In this document: positions 25,576-36,473 of the stretch, one piece after another
How positions within the stretch are numbered: the first letter of the stretch is position 1
How the letters are laid out: each line of letters starts with the position of its first letter
NCBI GenBank assembly: GCA_964537235.1
Contig: CAZHZQ010000003.1
Location: 1-46,477, forward strand
Direction of reading: 5' to 3'
Length of the DNA stretch: 46,477 bases
Source: an uncultured Actinomycetota bacterium
Lineage (GTDB): Bacteria; Actinomycetota; Nitriliruptoria; Nitriliruptorales; JAHWKO01
Program-made: the position numbers and the translations under genes
The notes under the pieces: generated by a model
The model's database searches: none
Seen by the model: only the letters and a program-made list of their open reading frames with translations
What the model was told of the DNA's origin: nothing

Positions 25576-26204
25576 CGGTGACCGTCGCGCTGCTGGACTA
25601 CGGCGCAGGCAACCTGCGTTCGGCCAGCCGAGGGCTCGAACGCGCAGGAGCCGAGGTCGCGGTCACGGACGATGCCGCCGAGGCGGACCGGGCCGATGCC
25701 CTGGTCGTTCCGGGCGTGGGCCACTTCGGCGCCTGCCTCGATCGGCTCCAGGCCTGCGGTCTGGCCGACCTCGTCGTCGAACGCGCCGGGGCCGGCGGTC
25801 ATGTGCTCGGGATCTGCGTCGGACTGCAGCTCCTGTACGAGCACAGCGAGGAGGGCGACCGTGACGGGCTCGGCGTCCTGCCGGGACAGGTGGTCCGCCT
25901 CCCCGACGCGGTCCGTGTCCCGCACATGGGGTGGAACGTCATCCGGGCGACCGAGGACGGGGCCGACGACCCACTGCTCGCCGGGATCGAGGGGGAGCGC
26001 GCCTACTTCGTCCACTCGTACCACGCCGCCCCGACCGACCCCTCGCACGTGGTGGCGACCTGCCGCTACCCGGATCCGATCCCGGCGGTCGTCCGGGTCG
26101 GGTCGACCGTGGGCACCCAGTTCCACCCCGAGAAGTCCGGCGACGTCGGGGCGCGCCTGCTGGCCAACTGGATCGCGACGATCCGCTCGCCGGTGGCGGC
26201 CTGA
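25572..26204 (+). CDS. hisH: Imidazole glycerol phosphate synthase, glutaminase subunit
   Basis: DYGAGNLRS, PGVG, GICVGLQLL, VPHMGWN, YFVHSY, QFHPEKS. Confidence 0.95.
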   Translation: MTVTVALLDYGAGNLRSASRGLERAGAEVAVTDDAAEADRADALVVPGVGHFGACLDRLQACGLADLVVERAGAGGHVLGICVGLQLLYEHSEEGDRDGLGVLPGQVVRLPDAVRVPHMGWNVIRATEDGADDPLLAGIEGERAYFVHSYHAAPTDPSHVVATCRYPDPIPAVVRVGSTVGTQFHPEKSGDVGARLLANWIATIRSPVAA

Positions 26205-26207
26205 ACC

Positions 26208-26942
26208 GTGACCCTGACGCTGTACCCGGCGGTGGACATCAAGGACGGCAAGGCGGTCCGCCTCACCCAGGGTCGGGCCGACGCCGAGACCGTCTACGAC
26301 ACCGACCCGGTCGGAGCCGCGCGACGCTGGGCGGACGAGGGCGCCGAGTGGCTGCACGTGGTGGACCTCGACGCGGCGTTCACCGGGGAGCCGCGCAACC
26401 GCCACCTGATCGCCGACATCGTCGACGCGACGGGGCTGCCCGTCCAGGCATCGGGCGGGGTCCGCACGGTCGACGACATCGCGGCGTCGCTCGACTTCGG
26501 TGCGCAGCGTGTCGTGGTCGGCACGATGGCGCTGCGGGAGCCGAGCTTCGTCGAGACCTGCGTCGGACGGTTCCACGACGCGGTGGCGGTCGGGCTCGAC
26601 GCCCGCGGGCACACGCTGCAGGCGCGTGGGTGGACCGAGGAGGCCGGTGACCTGTTCGAGCGGCTGGACACGTTCACCCGGATGGGGGTGCAGCGGTTCG
26701 TCTACACCGACGTCGAACGCGACGGGATGCTGCAGGGCCCGAACGTCGACCGGCTGGTCGAGGTCGCCGACGCGACCAGCGCGAACGTGACCGCGTCCGG
26801 CGGCGTCGCGACGCTCGCGGACGTCCGCGCGCTGGCCTCCTGTCATCCGCGTGTGGATGCGGCGATCATCGGCAAGGCGCTGTACGCCGGACGGTTCAGC
26901 CTCCCGGATGCGCTCGAGGCGGCCGAGGCCGGCGCGGCATGA
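26208..26942 (+). CDS. priA: HisA-family isomerase, probably bifunctional PriA (HisA/TrpF)
   Basis: [50 protein letters not shown]; no trpF in the adjacent trp cluster. Confidence 0.88.
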   Translation: MTLTLYPAVDIKDGKAVRLTQGRADAETVYDTDPVGAARRWADEGAEWLHVVDLDAAFTGEPRNRHLIADIVDATGLPVQASGGVRTVDDIAASLDFGAQRVVVGTMALREPSFVETCVGRFHDAVAVGLDARGHTLQARGWTEEAGDLFERLDTFTRMGVQRFVYTDVERDGMLQGPNVDRLVEVADATSANVTASGGVATLADVRALASCHPRVDAAIIGKALYAGRFSLPDALEAAEAGAA

Positions 26943-27718
26943 CCGGGGACGACGAGCTGGCGGTCCGGGTGATCCCGTGTCTCGACGTCACCGAGGGGCG
27001 GGTCGTGAAGGGCATCCGGTTCGTCGAGCTGCGCGATGCGGGCGATCCGGTGGAGCTGGCCCGCACCTACGACGCCGAAGGGGCCGACGAGCTCGTCTTC
27101 CTGGACATCACGGCCTCCTCGGACGGCCGTGAGACGATGGTCGACGTGGTGCGCCGGACGGCAGCGCAGGTGTTCATCCCCCTCACGGTCGGTGGTGGGG
27201 TGCGCCGCGTTGAGGACGTGCGACGGATGCTCCGTGCGGGGGCCGACAAGGTTGCGGTCAACACCGCGGCGGTGCAGCGCCCCGAGGTGCTGTCCGAGAT
27301 GGCCGACGCCGTGGGCAGCCAGTGCGTGGTGGCAGCGATCGACGCGCGTCGGGCAGAGGACGGCACGACGTGGGAGGTGCACATCCACGGTGGCCGCACG
27401 CCGACCGGGCGCGACGCCGTGGACTGGGCCGCCGAGTGCGAACAGCGGGGCGCCGGCGAGATCCTGCTCACCTCGATGGATCGCGACGGCACGAAGGACG
27501 GCTTCGACGTCGAACTGCTGGACGCGGTGACCTCGAGGGTGAACGTCCCCGTCATCGCCAGCGGCGGTGCCGGCGATCCCACGCACCTCGTCGAGGCCGT
27601 GACGGAGGGCGGGGCCGCGGCCGTCCTGGCGGCGTCGATCTTCCACTTCGGTGAGCTGCGGATCGACGAGGTCAAGCAGGCGATGGCGGCGGCTGGGCTC
27701 CCGGTCCGGCTGCCGTGA
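26939..27718 (+). CDS. hisF: Imidazole glycerol phosphate synthase, cyclase subunit
   Basis: [68 protein letters not shown]. Confidence 0.97.
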   Translation: MTGDDELAVRVIPCLDVTEGRVVKGIRFVELRDAGDPVELARTYDAEGADELVFLDITASSDGRETMVDVVRRTAAQVFIPLTVGGGVRRVEDVRRMLRAGADKVAVNTAAVQRPEVLSEMADAVGSQCVVAAIDARRAEDGTTWEVHIHGGRTPTGRDAVDWAAECEQRGAGEILLTSMDRDGTKDGFDVELLDAVTSRVNVPVIASGGAGDPTHLVEAVTEGGAAAVLAASIFHFGELRIDEVKQAMAAAGLPVRLP

Positions 27719-28193
27719 AGGCGGTCTCCACGGCGTCCTCCGGGGAGTCGACCACCGTGACCCCCGGACCGGGATCGTCGGCATCGTCGGCGTCGTAGGG
27801 GGTGAGCGTCCACGAACGCAGCGCGACGACGGCGCGCCCGAGCTTCAGGGCGAACGCGATCTCCGACAGCGTCCCGTGGGCGCCGCCGATCGCGATCACG
27901 GCGTCGCTGGCTCGCACGACGAGGACGTTGCGCACCTCGCCCAGACCGGTCGGGATGGCGACGTCGACCCAGCGGTTGGCCTCGTCCCGGTCGCCGCCCG
28001 GCAGGATCCCGATCGTGGTCCCGCCGGCGCCCTTGGCGCCCCGACACGCCCCGGCCATGACACCGGTCAGCCCACCGCAGACCACGATGCCACCGCGCTC
28101 GGCGATCCCGCGCCCCACCTGCTCGGCGAGTCCCTCGGCCTCCGGTGTCGCCTCCCTGGCACCGATGACCGCGACGTGGAGCCGGTCCCGCAT
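27672..28193 (-). CDS. TIGR00725-like (LOG/Rossmann-fold) protein
   Basis: [52 protein letters not shown]. Confidence 0.85.
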   Translation of the reverse strand: MRDRLHVAVIGAREATPEAEGLAEQVGRGIAERGGIVVCGGLTGVMAGACRGAKGAGGTTIGILPGGDRDEANRWVDVAIPTGLGEVRNVLVVRASDAVIAIGGAHGTLSEIAFALKLGRAVVALRSWTLTPYDADDADDPGPGVTVVDSPEDAVETAFTAAGPGAQPPPSPA

Positions 28194-28277
28194 CGCTGGT
28201 CCTCCCGTCGGGGCGACGTCGCGCGCGTTCGGCTGGGCTGTAGTCTGCGCGGCCGCTGCCGCACCTTAGGAGCACCG

Positions 28278-28628
28278 GTGCCGTTGACCGACGCCGACAT
28301 CGAACGGTTGAGCTTCGACGACCGGGGACTGATCCCCGCGGTCGTCCAGCAGCACGACACGGGTGAGGTCCTGATGGTGGCCTGGATGAGCGCCGATTCG
28401 CTGCGGCTCACCTTCGAGCGGGGCGAGACGGTGTTCTGGTCGCGGTCACGTCAGGAGATCTGGCACAAGGGCGCCACCTCCGGCAACACCCAGCGCGTCG
28501 AGCGGATCCTGTTCGACTGCGACGGCGACACGCTCCTGGTGCAGGTCGACGCGGGCGACGGACCGGCGTGCCACACGGGTGAGCGGACCTGCTTCCACCG
28601 TGAGCTCGGCACGATAGACCCGTCGTGA
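28278..28628 (+). CDS. hisI: Phosphoribosyl-AMP cyclohydrolase
   Basis: [50 protein letters not shown]; GTG after AGGAG. Confidence 0.95.
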   Translation: MPLTDADIERLSFDDRGLIPAVVQQHDTGEVLMVAWMSADSLRLTFERGETVFWSRSRQEIWHKGATSGNTQRVERILFDCDGDTLLVQVDAGDGPACHTGERTCFHRELGTIDPS

Positions 28629-30109
28629 CCGGAGCACAGCCCGGGCTCGAGCGGTTCGAGGAGCTCGCCACCGACCACGGTGTCGTGCCGGTGTGGCGGG
28701 AGGTGCTCGCCGATCTCGAGACCCCGCTGTCGGTGTACGCGAAGCTGTCCGGACGCGGTCCGAGCTTCCTGCTGGAATCTGCCGAGCACGGGGAGCGCTG
28801 GGGCCGGTACTCGTTCGTGGGCCTCGACCCGTTCCTGATCCTGCGGGGCAAGGACGGCGCGGTGTCCTGGGACGGCGACCCACCGGAGGGCGCGACCCGG
28901 GCGGATGGTCCCCTGGAGGCGTTGGCGAAGGCGACGGACGCCCTGTCAGGTCCGGTCCTGGACGGGCTCCCGCCGCTGCACAGCGGCGCGGTCGGCTACA
29001 TCGGCTGGGACGCCGTCCGGGAGATCGAGGACGTCCCCGCCACCGGGGAGGACGACCTCGAGGTCGACGACGTGGTCATGCTCTTCCCCCGGCACATCGT
29101 CGCGTTCGATCACCTCCGGCAGGTCCTGACCGTCGTGACCAACGTGGTGGTCGGCGACGATCCCGCGTCCCAGTACCCCGGTGCGGTCGCGGCGACGGAC
29201 GAGCTGATCGACCGGCTCGAGGAAGCCTCGCCCCGCCGCCCCGTGGGGCCCCCGCAGGCGCAGGCGGTCCGGGACGTGCCGTCGAACGTCCCGCCGGGCC
29301 GCTACGAGGGGATGGTGGAGACCGCTCTCGAGCACATCGGCGCCGGTGACGTCTTCCAGGTAGTGCCGAGCCAGCGGTTCGGACTCGAGACCGACGCGAC
29401 ACCGTTCGACGTCTACCGGATGCTGCGGGTCATCAACCCCTCGCCGTACCTGTTCCTGTTCGATCTCGGCGACCTGCACATCGTCGGATCCTCGCCGGAG
29501 GCGCTGGTGAGGGTCCAGGGGCGGCAGGTCGAGACGTGGCCCATCGCCGGCACCCGCCCCCGTGGGCGGACCGAGGACGAGGACGCCCGCTACGAACGCG
29601 AGCTCCTGGCCAGCGAGAAGGAGCGTGCCGAACACGTCATGCTCGTCGACCTCGGCCGCAACGACCTCGGTCGGGTGTGCGAGACCGGCAGCGTCGAGGT
29701 CGACGACCTCATGGTGGTGGAGCGCTACAGCCACGTCATGCACCTGGTCAGCCGCGTCACCGGTGTCGCACGGGGGGACGTCGGGCCGGTAGACGTCCTG
29801 CGGGCCGTGTTCCCGGCGGGGACCGTGTCGGGCGCCCCGAAGATCCGGGCGATGGAGCTGATCGACGGGATGGAGCCGACCCGGCGGGGGATCTACGGCG
29901 GGGCGATCGGGTACGTGGATCTGTCCGGGAACGTCGACACGTGCATCGCGCTGCGGACCCTGGTGATGAAGGACGGGGTGGCATACGCGCAGGCCGGCGC
30001 CGGGATCGTCGCGGACAGCGACCCGGCGGCCGAGGAGGAGGAGACCCGCGACAAGGCGCTGGCGCTCCTCGCGGCCGTGCGCGCGGCGGAGTCGCTGGAC
30101 GGCAGGTAG
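28625..30109 (+). CDS. trpE: Anthranilate synthase component I
   Basis: [84 protein letters not shown]. Confidence 0.95.
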   Translation: MTGAQPGLERFEELATDHGVVPVWREVLADLETPLSVYAKLSGRGPSFLLESAEHGERWGRYSFVGLDPFLILRGKDGAVSWDGDPPEGATRADGPLEALAKATDALSGPVLDGLPPLHSGAVGYIGWDAVREIEDVPATGEDDLEVDDVVMLFPRHIVAFDHLRQVLTVVTNVVVGDDPASQYPGAVAATDELIDRLEEASPRRPVGPPQAQAVRDVPSNVPPGRYEGMVETALEHIGAGDVFQVVPSQRFGLETDATPFDVYRMLRVINPSPYLFLFDLGDLHIVGSSPEALVRVQGRQVETWPIAGTRPRGRTEDEDARYERELLASEKERAEHVMLVDLGRNDLGRVCETGSVEVDDLMVVERYSHVMHLVSRVTGVARGDVGPVDVLRAVFPAGTVSGAPKIRAMELIDGMEPTRRGIYGGAIGYVDLSGNVDTCIALRTLVMKDGVAYAQAGAGIVADSDPAAEEEETRDKALALLAAVRAAESLDGR

Positions 30110-30135
30110 GCGCCGGCGCGTACCATGACCGGTCG

Positions 30136-30942
30136 ATGACCTACCTCGACGAGCTCCTCGACGACGCCCGTGCGCGGGTGGCTGACGCCCGCGCGTCGGT
30201 GACGGACGGCGAGATGCGGCGACGCGCCGAGGATCGTCCCGCGCCGCCCTCGTTCTACGCGGCGCTCACGGGACCGGGCGTCGCCGTCATCGCGGAGATC
30301 AAGCGGGCCTCGCCGTCGCGCGGGCCCCTCGCCCCGGACCTCGACGCGACCGCGCAGGCAGGTGCCTACCGCGACGGCGGTGCTGCGGCGGTGTCCGTCC
30401 TCACCGAACCCGAACGCTTCGGCGGGAGCCTCGACGATCTGACGGCGGTCTCGGAGCTGGGCATCCCGACCCTCCGCAAGGACTTCATCCTCGATCCCTA
30501 CCAGGTCTGGGAGGCGCGCGCAGCCGGGGCGTCCGCGGTCCTGCTGATCGTGGCGGCTCTGGAGGACGACCGGATGGCAGAGCTCCTGGCGACCGCGGCC
30601 GAGGCCGGGCTGGACGCACTGGTCGAGGTGCACGACGCGCACGAGGCCGAACGCGCCACCGCGGCCGACGTCGGGATCGTCGGGGTCAACGCGCGGGACC
30701 TGCGGACGTTCGAGGTCGACCACGGTGCCTTCGCGCGCGTCGCGCCGGAGCTGCCCGAGGGCACGGTCACCGTCGCCGAATCCGGCATCCGTGGCCCGGA
30801 CGACGTGGCCGCCGCGATGCGCGCGGGTGCCGACGCCGTCCTGGTGGGGGAGTCCCTCGTCACCGCCGACGACCCCCGCACGGCGGTGGCGATGCTGGTC
30901 TCGGCCGGGTCGGCGCCCCTGACCGCGACGGAGTACCGATGA
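30136..30942 (+). CDS. trpC: Indole-3-glycerol phosphate synthase
   Basis: [48 protein letters not shown]. Confidence 0.96.
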   Translation: MTYLDELLDDARARVADARASVTDGEMRRRAEDRPAPPSFYAALTGPGVAVIAEIKRASPSRGPLAPDLDATAQAGAYRDGGAAAVSVLTEPERFGGSLDDLTAVSELGIPTLRKDFILDPYQVWEARAAGASAVLLIVAALEDDRMAELLATAAEAGLDALVEVHDAHEAERATAADVGIVGVNARDLRTFEVDHGAFARVAPELPEGTVTVAESGIRGPDDVAAAMRAGADAVLVGESLVTADDPRTAVAMLVSAGSAPLTATEYR

Positions 30943-32168
30943 CCGACGCCGGCACAGAGACGGGCACAGAGACGGGCACAGAGACGGGGTACTTCGGCCG
31001 CTTCGGCGGCCGGTTCGTCCCCGAGGCGCTCACCGGTGCGCTGGACGAGCTGACCGCTGCCTGGGCTGCGGCCGGGGAGGATCCGACCTTCCGTGCCGAG
31101 CTCGACCACCTGCGCCGCCACTACGGCGGGCGGCCCACCCCGCTCTACCACGCGCAGCGTCTGTCGGAGGCGGTCGGCGTCGACGTCCACCTCAAACGGG
31201 AGGACCTGGCGCACACCGGCAGCCACAAGCTGAACAACGTCCTCGGGCAGGCCCTGCTCGCGCGGCGGATGGGCAAGCAGCGGATCATCGCCGAGACCGG
31301 CGCCGGTCAGCACGGCGTGGCCACCGCGACCGCGGCCGCGCTGTTCGGGCAGGACTGCGTCGTGTACATGGGGGAGGAGGACTGCCGGCGCCAGCGCCTG
31401 AACGTCGTCCGGATGCGGCTGCTCGGCGCCGAGGTCGTCCCCGTCACCGCGGGGACCCGCACGCTCAAGGACGCGATCAACGAGGCGATGCGGGACTGGG
31501 TCACGAACGTCGAGACCACCCACTACCTGATCGGGTCGGTCGTCGGTCCGCACCCGTTCCCCGAGATGATCCGGGACCTGCAGCGGGTGATCGGCGACGA
31601 GGCCAAGGAACAGTTCGAGGAGCAGGTCGGCGGTCTGCCGGACGCGGTGATCGCCTGTGTGGGCGGAGGCTCCAACGCGATCGGCTCGTTCCACGCGTTC
31701 GTCCCGGACGTCGAGGTGGATCTGATCGGGGTGGAAGCAGCCGGCGAGGGCGTCGGCAGCGGTCGGTCCGCGGCGACGCTGACCGAGGGCCGCGAGGCCG
31801 TGCTGCACGGGGCCCGGTCGTGGGCGCTCGTGGACAGCGACGGTCAGGTGCTGCCCGCCCACAGCGTGTCGGCCGGCCTCGACTACCCGGGGGTCGGTCC
31901 GGAGCACGCGTGGCTGAAGGACTCGGGTCGGGCCACCTACGTGCCGGCTGACGACGAGCAGGCCCTGCGGGGGTTCCGGGTCGTGTCGGAGCTCGAGGGG
32001 ATCCTGCCCGCGCTCGAGCCGTCCCATGCGGTCGGCTGGCTGCTGGATCACGGCCGGGACCACCTCGGGGGGGATGCGAAGGTCGTCCTCACGATGTCCG
32101 GTCGGGGTGACAAGGACGTGGACGAGGTCGCGCGTCTGCTCGGCGTCGAGGCGGACGGGGCGTCGTGA
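30939..32168 (+). CDS. trpB: Tryptophan synthase beta subunit
   Basis: [73 protein letters not shown]. Confidence 0.98.
   Translation: MTDAGTETGTETGTETGYFGRFGGRFVPEALTGALDELTAAWAAAGEDPTFRAELDHLRRHYGGRPTPLYHAQRLSEAVGVDVHLKREDLAHTGSHKLNNVLGQALLARRMGKQRIIAETGAGQHGVATATAAALFGQDCVVYMGEEDCRRQRLNVVRMRLLGAEVVPVTAGTRTLKDAINEAMRDWVTNVETTHYLIGSVVGPHPFPEMIRDLQRVIGDEAKEQFEEQVGGLPDAVIACVGGGSNAIGSFHAFVPDVEVDLIGVEAAGEGVGSGRSAATLTEGREAVLHGARSWALVDSDGQVLPAHSVSAGLDYPGVGPEHAWLKDSGRATYVPADDEQALRGFRVVSELEGILPALEPSHAVGWLLDHGRDHLGGDAKVVLTMSGRGDKDVDEVARLLGVEADGAS
30951..30986 (+). repeat. 12-bp x3 tandem repeat (GTET) at the trpB N-terminus
   Basis: GGCACAGAGACG three times in succession. Confidence 0.9.
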
Positions 32169-32983
32169 CCTCGGTCCGGGCCACGATCCGACAGGTCAAC
32201 GCCGAGGGGCGGTCGGCCCTGATCTGCTACCTCCCGGCCGGGTACCCGGATCTGGAGACGTCGACGCGGTGCCTGGTGGCCGCCGCCGAGGCCGGGGCGG
32301 ACGTGCTCGAGATCGGGTTCCCGTTCAGCGACCCGATCATGGACGGTCCGATCATCCAGACCGCGACCCAGCACGCCCTCGACGCCGGGTACCGGGTGGA
32401 CGACTTCCTGGAGGTGGCCGGCCACGTCACGAACGAGGCGGGAACGCCGGCGCTGGTCATGACCTACTACACGATCCCGGACACGCGGGGGCTCACCCGT
32501 TTCGCGGAGGACGCGGCCGGGGCGGGCCTCTCGGGCGCCATCCTGCCGGACCTGCCGGCGGACGAGGCCGGGCCGTGGTGCGAGGCGGCGTCCGCTGCCG
32601 GGCTCGAGACCGTGTTCCTCGCCTCGTCGGTCAGCACCGCCGCGCGCCTCGAGCGCATCGCCGGTGCCTCGAGCGGCTTCGTGTACGCCGTGGGCCTGCT
32701 CGGCGTGACCGGGGTCAAGAACGTCGAGGCGTCGACCGCGGAACTCGTCTCGCGCATCCGCGATCGGGCGGACGTGCCGGTCTGCGTCGGGGTCGGCGTG
32801 AAGACCCCGGAACAGGCACAGGACGTCGCCGGGTACGCCGACGGGGTGATCGTCGGGTCGGCGATCGTCCAGGCGGTCGGTGACGGGCCCGCGAAGGAGG
32901 CTCCGGCACGCGTCAGGAGGCTCGTCCGCGGTCTGCGGGACGGCATCGACGCCGCCGTTCAGTCGGCGGACGGGGCGTCGTAG
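32165..32983 (+). CDS. trpA: Tryptophan synthase alpha subunit
   Basis: [35 protein letters not shown]....[13 protein letters not shown]. Confidence 0.96.
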   Translation: MTSVRATIRQVNAEGRSALICYLPAGYPDLETSTRCLVAAAEAGADVLEIGFPFSDPIMDGPIIQTATQHALDAGYRVDDFLEVAGHVTNEAGTPALVMTYYTIPDTRGLTRFAEDAAGAGLSGAILPDLPADEAGPWCEAASAAGLETVFLASSVSTAARLERIAGASSGFVYAVGLLGVTGVKNVEASTAELVSRIRDRADVPVCVGVGVKTPEQAQDVAGYADGVIVGSAIVQAVGDGPAKEAPARVRRLVRGLRDGIDAAVQSADGAS

Positions 32984-34101
32984 GTACGGACCTCGAGACC
33001 CTCCAGGGGGGCGGCCACGTCCGCGAAGGACGAGGGGTAGGTGACCGTGTCCGGATCGCCGTCCGAGATCAACCGGCGCCCCGGCTCCTCGTCCAGCCAG
33101 TCGATCCACTTGCGGAACTCCGGGACGTACGCCTGCACCCGCTGGACCTCCATCGGGTCGTACTCCACGTGATGCGGCGACCGGGTGGGCATGAACCCGA
33201 CGAGGAACACGATGTCGTGCTCGTAGCGGAACCCGTTCGCCTCCCCGCGTACCGCCAGCTCCCGGTTCTGCGGCCAGATGCCCTGGGTCAGGGTCATCGC
33301 CCGAACCCGGTGGTCCGGACCGACCACGTCCGCGAGCTCCGCCTCGGCCCGGGCGAGGTTCGCCTGGACCTCCTCGTCGGTCATCTCCGACAGGTCGTCG
33401 TGGTTGTAGGTGTGGTTCGCGAGGTCGAACCCGTGCTCCACGAGGTAGCGCAGCTTGTGCTCGATCACCTCGCGGTCGGTGTCCCGGAAGGGGACCGGCC
33501 AGTAGAACGAGAACACGGCCCGTGCGCGCCAGTCGGGGTGGTCGCGCGCCATCTGCTCCAGGATCCCGACCGCGGAGTCCGGATGCGGCGTGGAGCCGTC
33601 CTCCGCGAAGTGGAAGTGCTGGCGGTAGGAGTCGTCGAACGTCAGCAGCACCGGCGACGTGCCGGCCGGGATGTCGAAACGGCCGGTGGCGAACTCCTCG
33701 ACCGAGATCGGCCGGTAGCCGCGGTCGTACAGCTCCCGCAGTTGCGCCTCGAACGTCGACAGGGCGTTGTCCCAGCGGCTGTCCTCGGTGCCGATGTCGT
33801 GCCACTCCATGACCAGGACGCGGCCGATCTCGTTGACCCGGAGCTCGGCGAGCTCCGCGTCGGTCAGTGCGGGTCCGACAGATCCGCCGTCGGGAGATGG
33901 TGTTGCCTCGACCGTCGTCGTCGTGGCGGCCGGGGAGGGCGACACCCCGCTCTGCGGCCCCGGGGACGACGTCGCGGTGGTGTCCGGGGTGGCCGGGTCG
34001 CCGTCCGGGGTGGCGGTGGAGGTGCGCCCGCAGGCCCCGGCCGTCAGCGCCAGCAGGACCGCCACCAGCGCGGCGATCGGGGAGCGGTCGGTGGGGGTCA
34101 C
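32959..34101 (-). CDS. Polysaccharide deacetylase (NodB/CE4-like) lipoprotein
   Basis: Lipobox-like AGAC, T/P-rich linker, VLLTFDDS, LANHTYNH. Confidence 0.8.
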   Translation of the reverse strand: MTPTDRSPIAALVAVLLALTAGACGRTSTATPDGDPATPDTTATSSPGPQSGVSPSPAATTTTVEATPSPDGGSVGPALTDAELAELRVNEIGRVLVMEWHDIGTEDSRWDNALSTFEAQLRELYDRGYRPISVEEFATGRFDIPAGTSPVLLTFDDSYRQHFHFAEDGSTPHPDSAVGILEQMARDHPDWRARAVFSFYWPVPFRDTDREVIEHKLRYLVEHGFDLANHTYNHDDLSEMTDEEVQANLARAEAELADVVGPDHRVRAMTLTQGIWPQNRELAVRGEANGFRYEHDIVFLVGFMPTRSPHHVEYDPMEVQRVQAYVPEFRKWIDWLDEEPGRRLISDGDPDTVTYPSSFADVAAPLEGLEVRTYDAPSAD

Positions 34102-35498
34102 GGTGTCTCCGTGGGCGTGTCGGGAGCGGCGTCCCCGGACTCATCGGCGGGGACGGGTGGCGGTGCGGCCTTCGATGTCTCGGTCGGCCCGAGCGCCGCC
34201 CGGCTGTAGCGGTTGTGCGCGTTCCACAGCAGCCACGACTCGATGCCGTTCTCGTACGTCGCACGTATCTGGTCGCTCACGCGCCCCGGGTGGTGTGGGA
34301 CGGTCAGGGAGAAGTCCTCGAGCCACGGGCGGACCTGGGCCCGGTAGCCGTCGACCCGCGCCTGGGCCTCACGCATCGCGTTGACGACCACCGCGTACGG
34401 GTTCGCCTCGGGGTTGCTGAGCCCGTAGTTCCCCGGGTAGTAGTGCGACGGGTAGACCATCGGCGAGACGTAGTCCACCTCGCTGATCACGTCCTCGAAG
34501 AGCTGTCCGGTGCCGTCACCGTCGCCCGAGCCCTCCGCCTTGTAGGTCGTCAACCCGAAGATGTCGGCGCTGATCCGCACCCCTTCGGCGTGCAGCTCCT
34601 CACGGGCGTGGGCGAGGAAGTCGCGGATCCGTCCGGGATCGACGCCCTTCCCGTCGTCGTAGACGGCCGAGGTGGTGTTGCCGTCGGTCGGGAAGCGGAC
34701 GTAGTCGAACTGGACCTCGAGGAACCCCAGATCGGCGGCTTCGCGACCCAGGTCCACGAGGTAGTCCCAGGCCTCCGGCTTGTTGGCGTCGAGCCAGGCC
34801 ATGCCCTTGCGGTCCCGCCAGATCCCACCGCCGGCATCCTTGATCGCGAGCTCGGGCTCGGCCGGGGCGGCGATCGGGTCCTTGAAACAGACGATGCGGG
34901 CGATCGGGTAGCCGCCGGCGTCCCGGAGCTCCCGGATGCGCCGCTTGGCCGCGGACCGGCGGAAGGCGGTGTGGCTGTCGGCACCGGTCTCACGGGCGAC
35001 CGCCACGTTCGAGTCGCGCCAGGCGACCCGGCCGTCGTCGTCCTTGACGTCGATCACGATCGCGTTGATCTCCGTGGTCCGCACCAGGTCCATGAGTTCG
35101 TTCCAACGCTGGCCGGCGAAGGTCCACATCGTCGAGTAGACGCCACGGACGATGGGCCACTCCGCCGGGAAGGCGCGGATCTCCCGCCGGGCGTCGTGCA
35201 GCATCTCGAGCGCGTGGTCGGGCCCGCTGGCGGAGGGGAGGGTCGCGGTGCCGCCGGCGTCGCTCGCGCTGGGGGAGGGCGACGCCCCAGACCCGTTGGC
35301 GGCGGTGCCGCCCCCCGTCTCCTGCCCGTCGTCGTCGGGGGGACCGCCCCGTTCGGTGGGGTCGGCGGCGACGGTCGACGCCGCCTGACCGGTCTGCCGG
35401 AGCACCAGGGCCCCTGCCGTGAGCCCCAGGATGACGAGCGGGATGACGATCCAGACGACGGTCCGCGGAGGGAGTCGGCGTCCCGATCCGTCGCTCAT
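34098..35498 (-). CDS. Putative glycoside hydrolase (DUF4015-like), membrane-anchored
   Basis: ATG at 35498; N-terminal TM; INAIVIDVKDDDG, IARIVCFKD, GFLEVQFDYVRFP, ISADIFG, DYVSPMVYPSHY, RPWLEDF, WLLWN. Confidence 0.8.
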   Translation of the reverse strand: MSDGSGRRLPPRTVVWIVIPLVILGLTAGALVLRQTGQAASTVAADPTERGGPPDDDGQETGGGTAANGSGASPSPSASDAGGTATLPSASGPDHALEMLHDARREIRAFPAEWPIVRGVYSTMWTFAGQRWNELMDLVRTTEINAIVIDVKDDDGRVAWRDSNVAVARETGADSHTAFRRSAAKRRIRELRDAGGYPIARIVCFKDPIAAPAEPELAIKDAGGGIWRDRKGMAWLDANKPEAWDYLVDLGREAADLGFLEVQFDYVRFPTDGNTTSAVYDDGKGVDPGRIRDFLAHAREELHAEGVRISADIFGLTTYKAEGSGDGDGTGQLFEDVISEVDYVSPMVYPSHYYPGNYGLSNPEANPYAVVVNAMREAQARVDGYRAQVRPWLEDFSLTVPHHPGRVSDQIRATYENGIESWLLWNAHNRYSRAALGPTETSKAAPPPVPADESGDAAPDTPTETP

Positions 35499-35678
35499 GT
35501 GTCCGACCCCCGGCGGCCTCGCGTTCCCCGTGCCCCTCCTGGATCGCCGCGCCAGAGGGGGCCGGAAGGTACCACCCGACGTCGGACGAACCGGACATCC
35601 CGCCCGGACATCCCGTGCGAGGACCTGCTGGGGAGCGCACCCTGGGTACGGTCCTGGCCGGACGGAGGGAGACGTCAC

Positions 35679-36473
35679 GTGGAGATCGGACGTGCGGACA
35701 TCGATCGCGTGGCCGCGTGGATCGACGAGGCGCGGCCGACGGACGGGCGGGGAGGCGTCACCGTCCTCACCGGGGCGGGGGTGTCGACGGACTCGGGGAT
35801 CCCGGATTTCCGCGGCCCGGACGGCCTGTGGACCCGCAACCCGGAGGCCGAGCGGCTGGCCACCCTCGACGTCTACCTGAGCGACCCCGAGGCGCGCCGC
35901 CGGTCGTGGCGGTGGCGGGCGCAGCACCCGGCGTGGGATGCCGAGCCGAACGCGGCGCACCGCGCGTTGGTCGACCTCGAACGGGTGGGACGCCTGCGTG
36001 CGGTGGTGACCCAGAACGTGGACGGACTCCACCAGGAGGCGGGGAACGACCCGCAGCGGGTCGTCGAGGTGCACGGGTCGATGCGGGAGGTCGAGTGCGT
36101 CTCGTGTGACCACCGCGGGCCCATGAGCGAGGCGCTGTCACGTGTCGAGCGCGGCGAGGACGATCCGGACTGCCCGTCGTGCGGCAGCATCATGAAAGCT
36201 GCCACGATCTACTTCGGTCAGGCGCTCGACCCTGCCGACATCGGTCGCGCCCGGCAGGAGGCCGAGGATGCGGACGTCTTCGTCGCCGCGGGTACCTCCC
36301 TGCAGGTCTACCCGGTCGCACACCTACCGGGTGTCGCGGCCCAGCACGGTGCCAAGGTCGTCATCGTGAACGCCGAGCCCACCCCCTGTGACGACATCGC
36401 CGACGCGGTGCTGCGGGGCGGGGTCTCCGAGATCCTCCCGGCTCTCGTGCCGGGCGGTGACCTCACGGCCTGA
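35679..36473 (+). CDS. cobB: NAD-dependent protein deacylase (Sir2/CobB family)
   Basis: GAGVSTDSGIPDFRGPDGLW, PNAAH, TQNVDGLHQ, EVHG, CxxC...CxxC, GTSLQVYP; GTG after GGAGG. Confidence 0.9.
   Translation: MEIGRADIDRVAAWIDEARPTDGRGGVTVLTGAGVSTDSGIPDFRGPDGLWTRNPEAERLATLDVYLSDPEARRRSWRWRAQHPAWDAEPNAAHRALVDLERVGRLRAVVTQNVDGLHQEAGNDPQRVVEVHGSMREVECVSCDHRGPMSEALSRVERGEDDPDCPSCGSIMKAATIYFGQALDPADIGRARQEAEDADVFVAAGTSLQVYPVAHLPGVAAQHGAKVVIVNAEPTPCDDIADAVLRGGVSEILPALVPGGDLTA

Noticed and set aside
28625-32983. Functional link between the Trp-rich tails and the nearby trp operon
   Set aside because: The his-trp cluster is ordinary core synteny about 10 kb away; proximity alone is not evidence.
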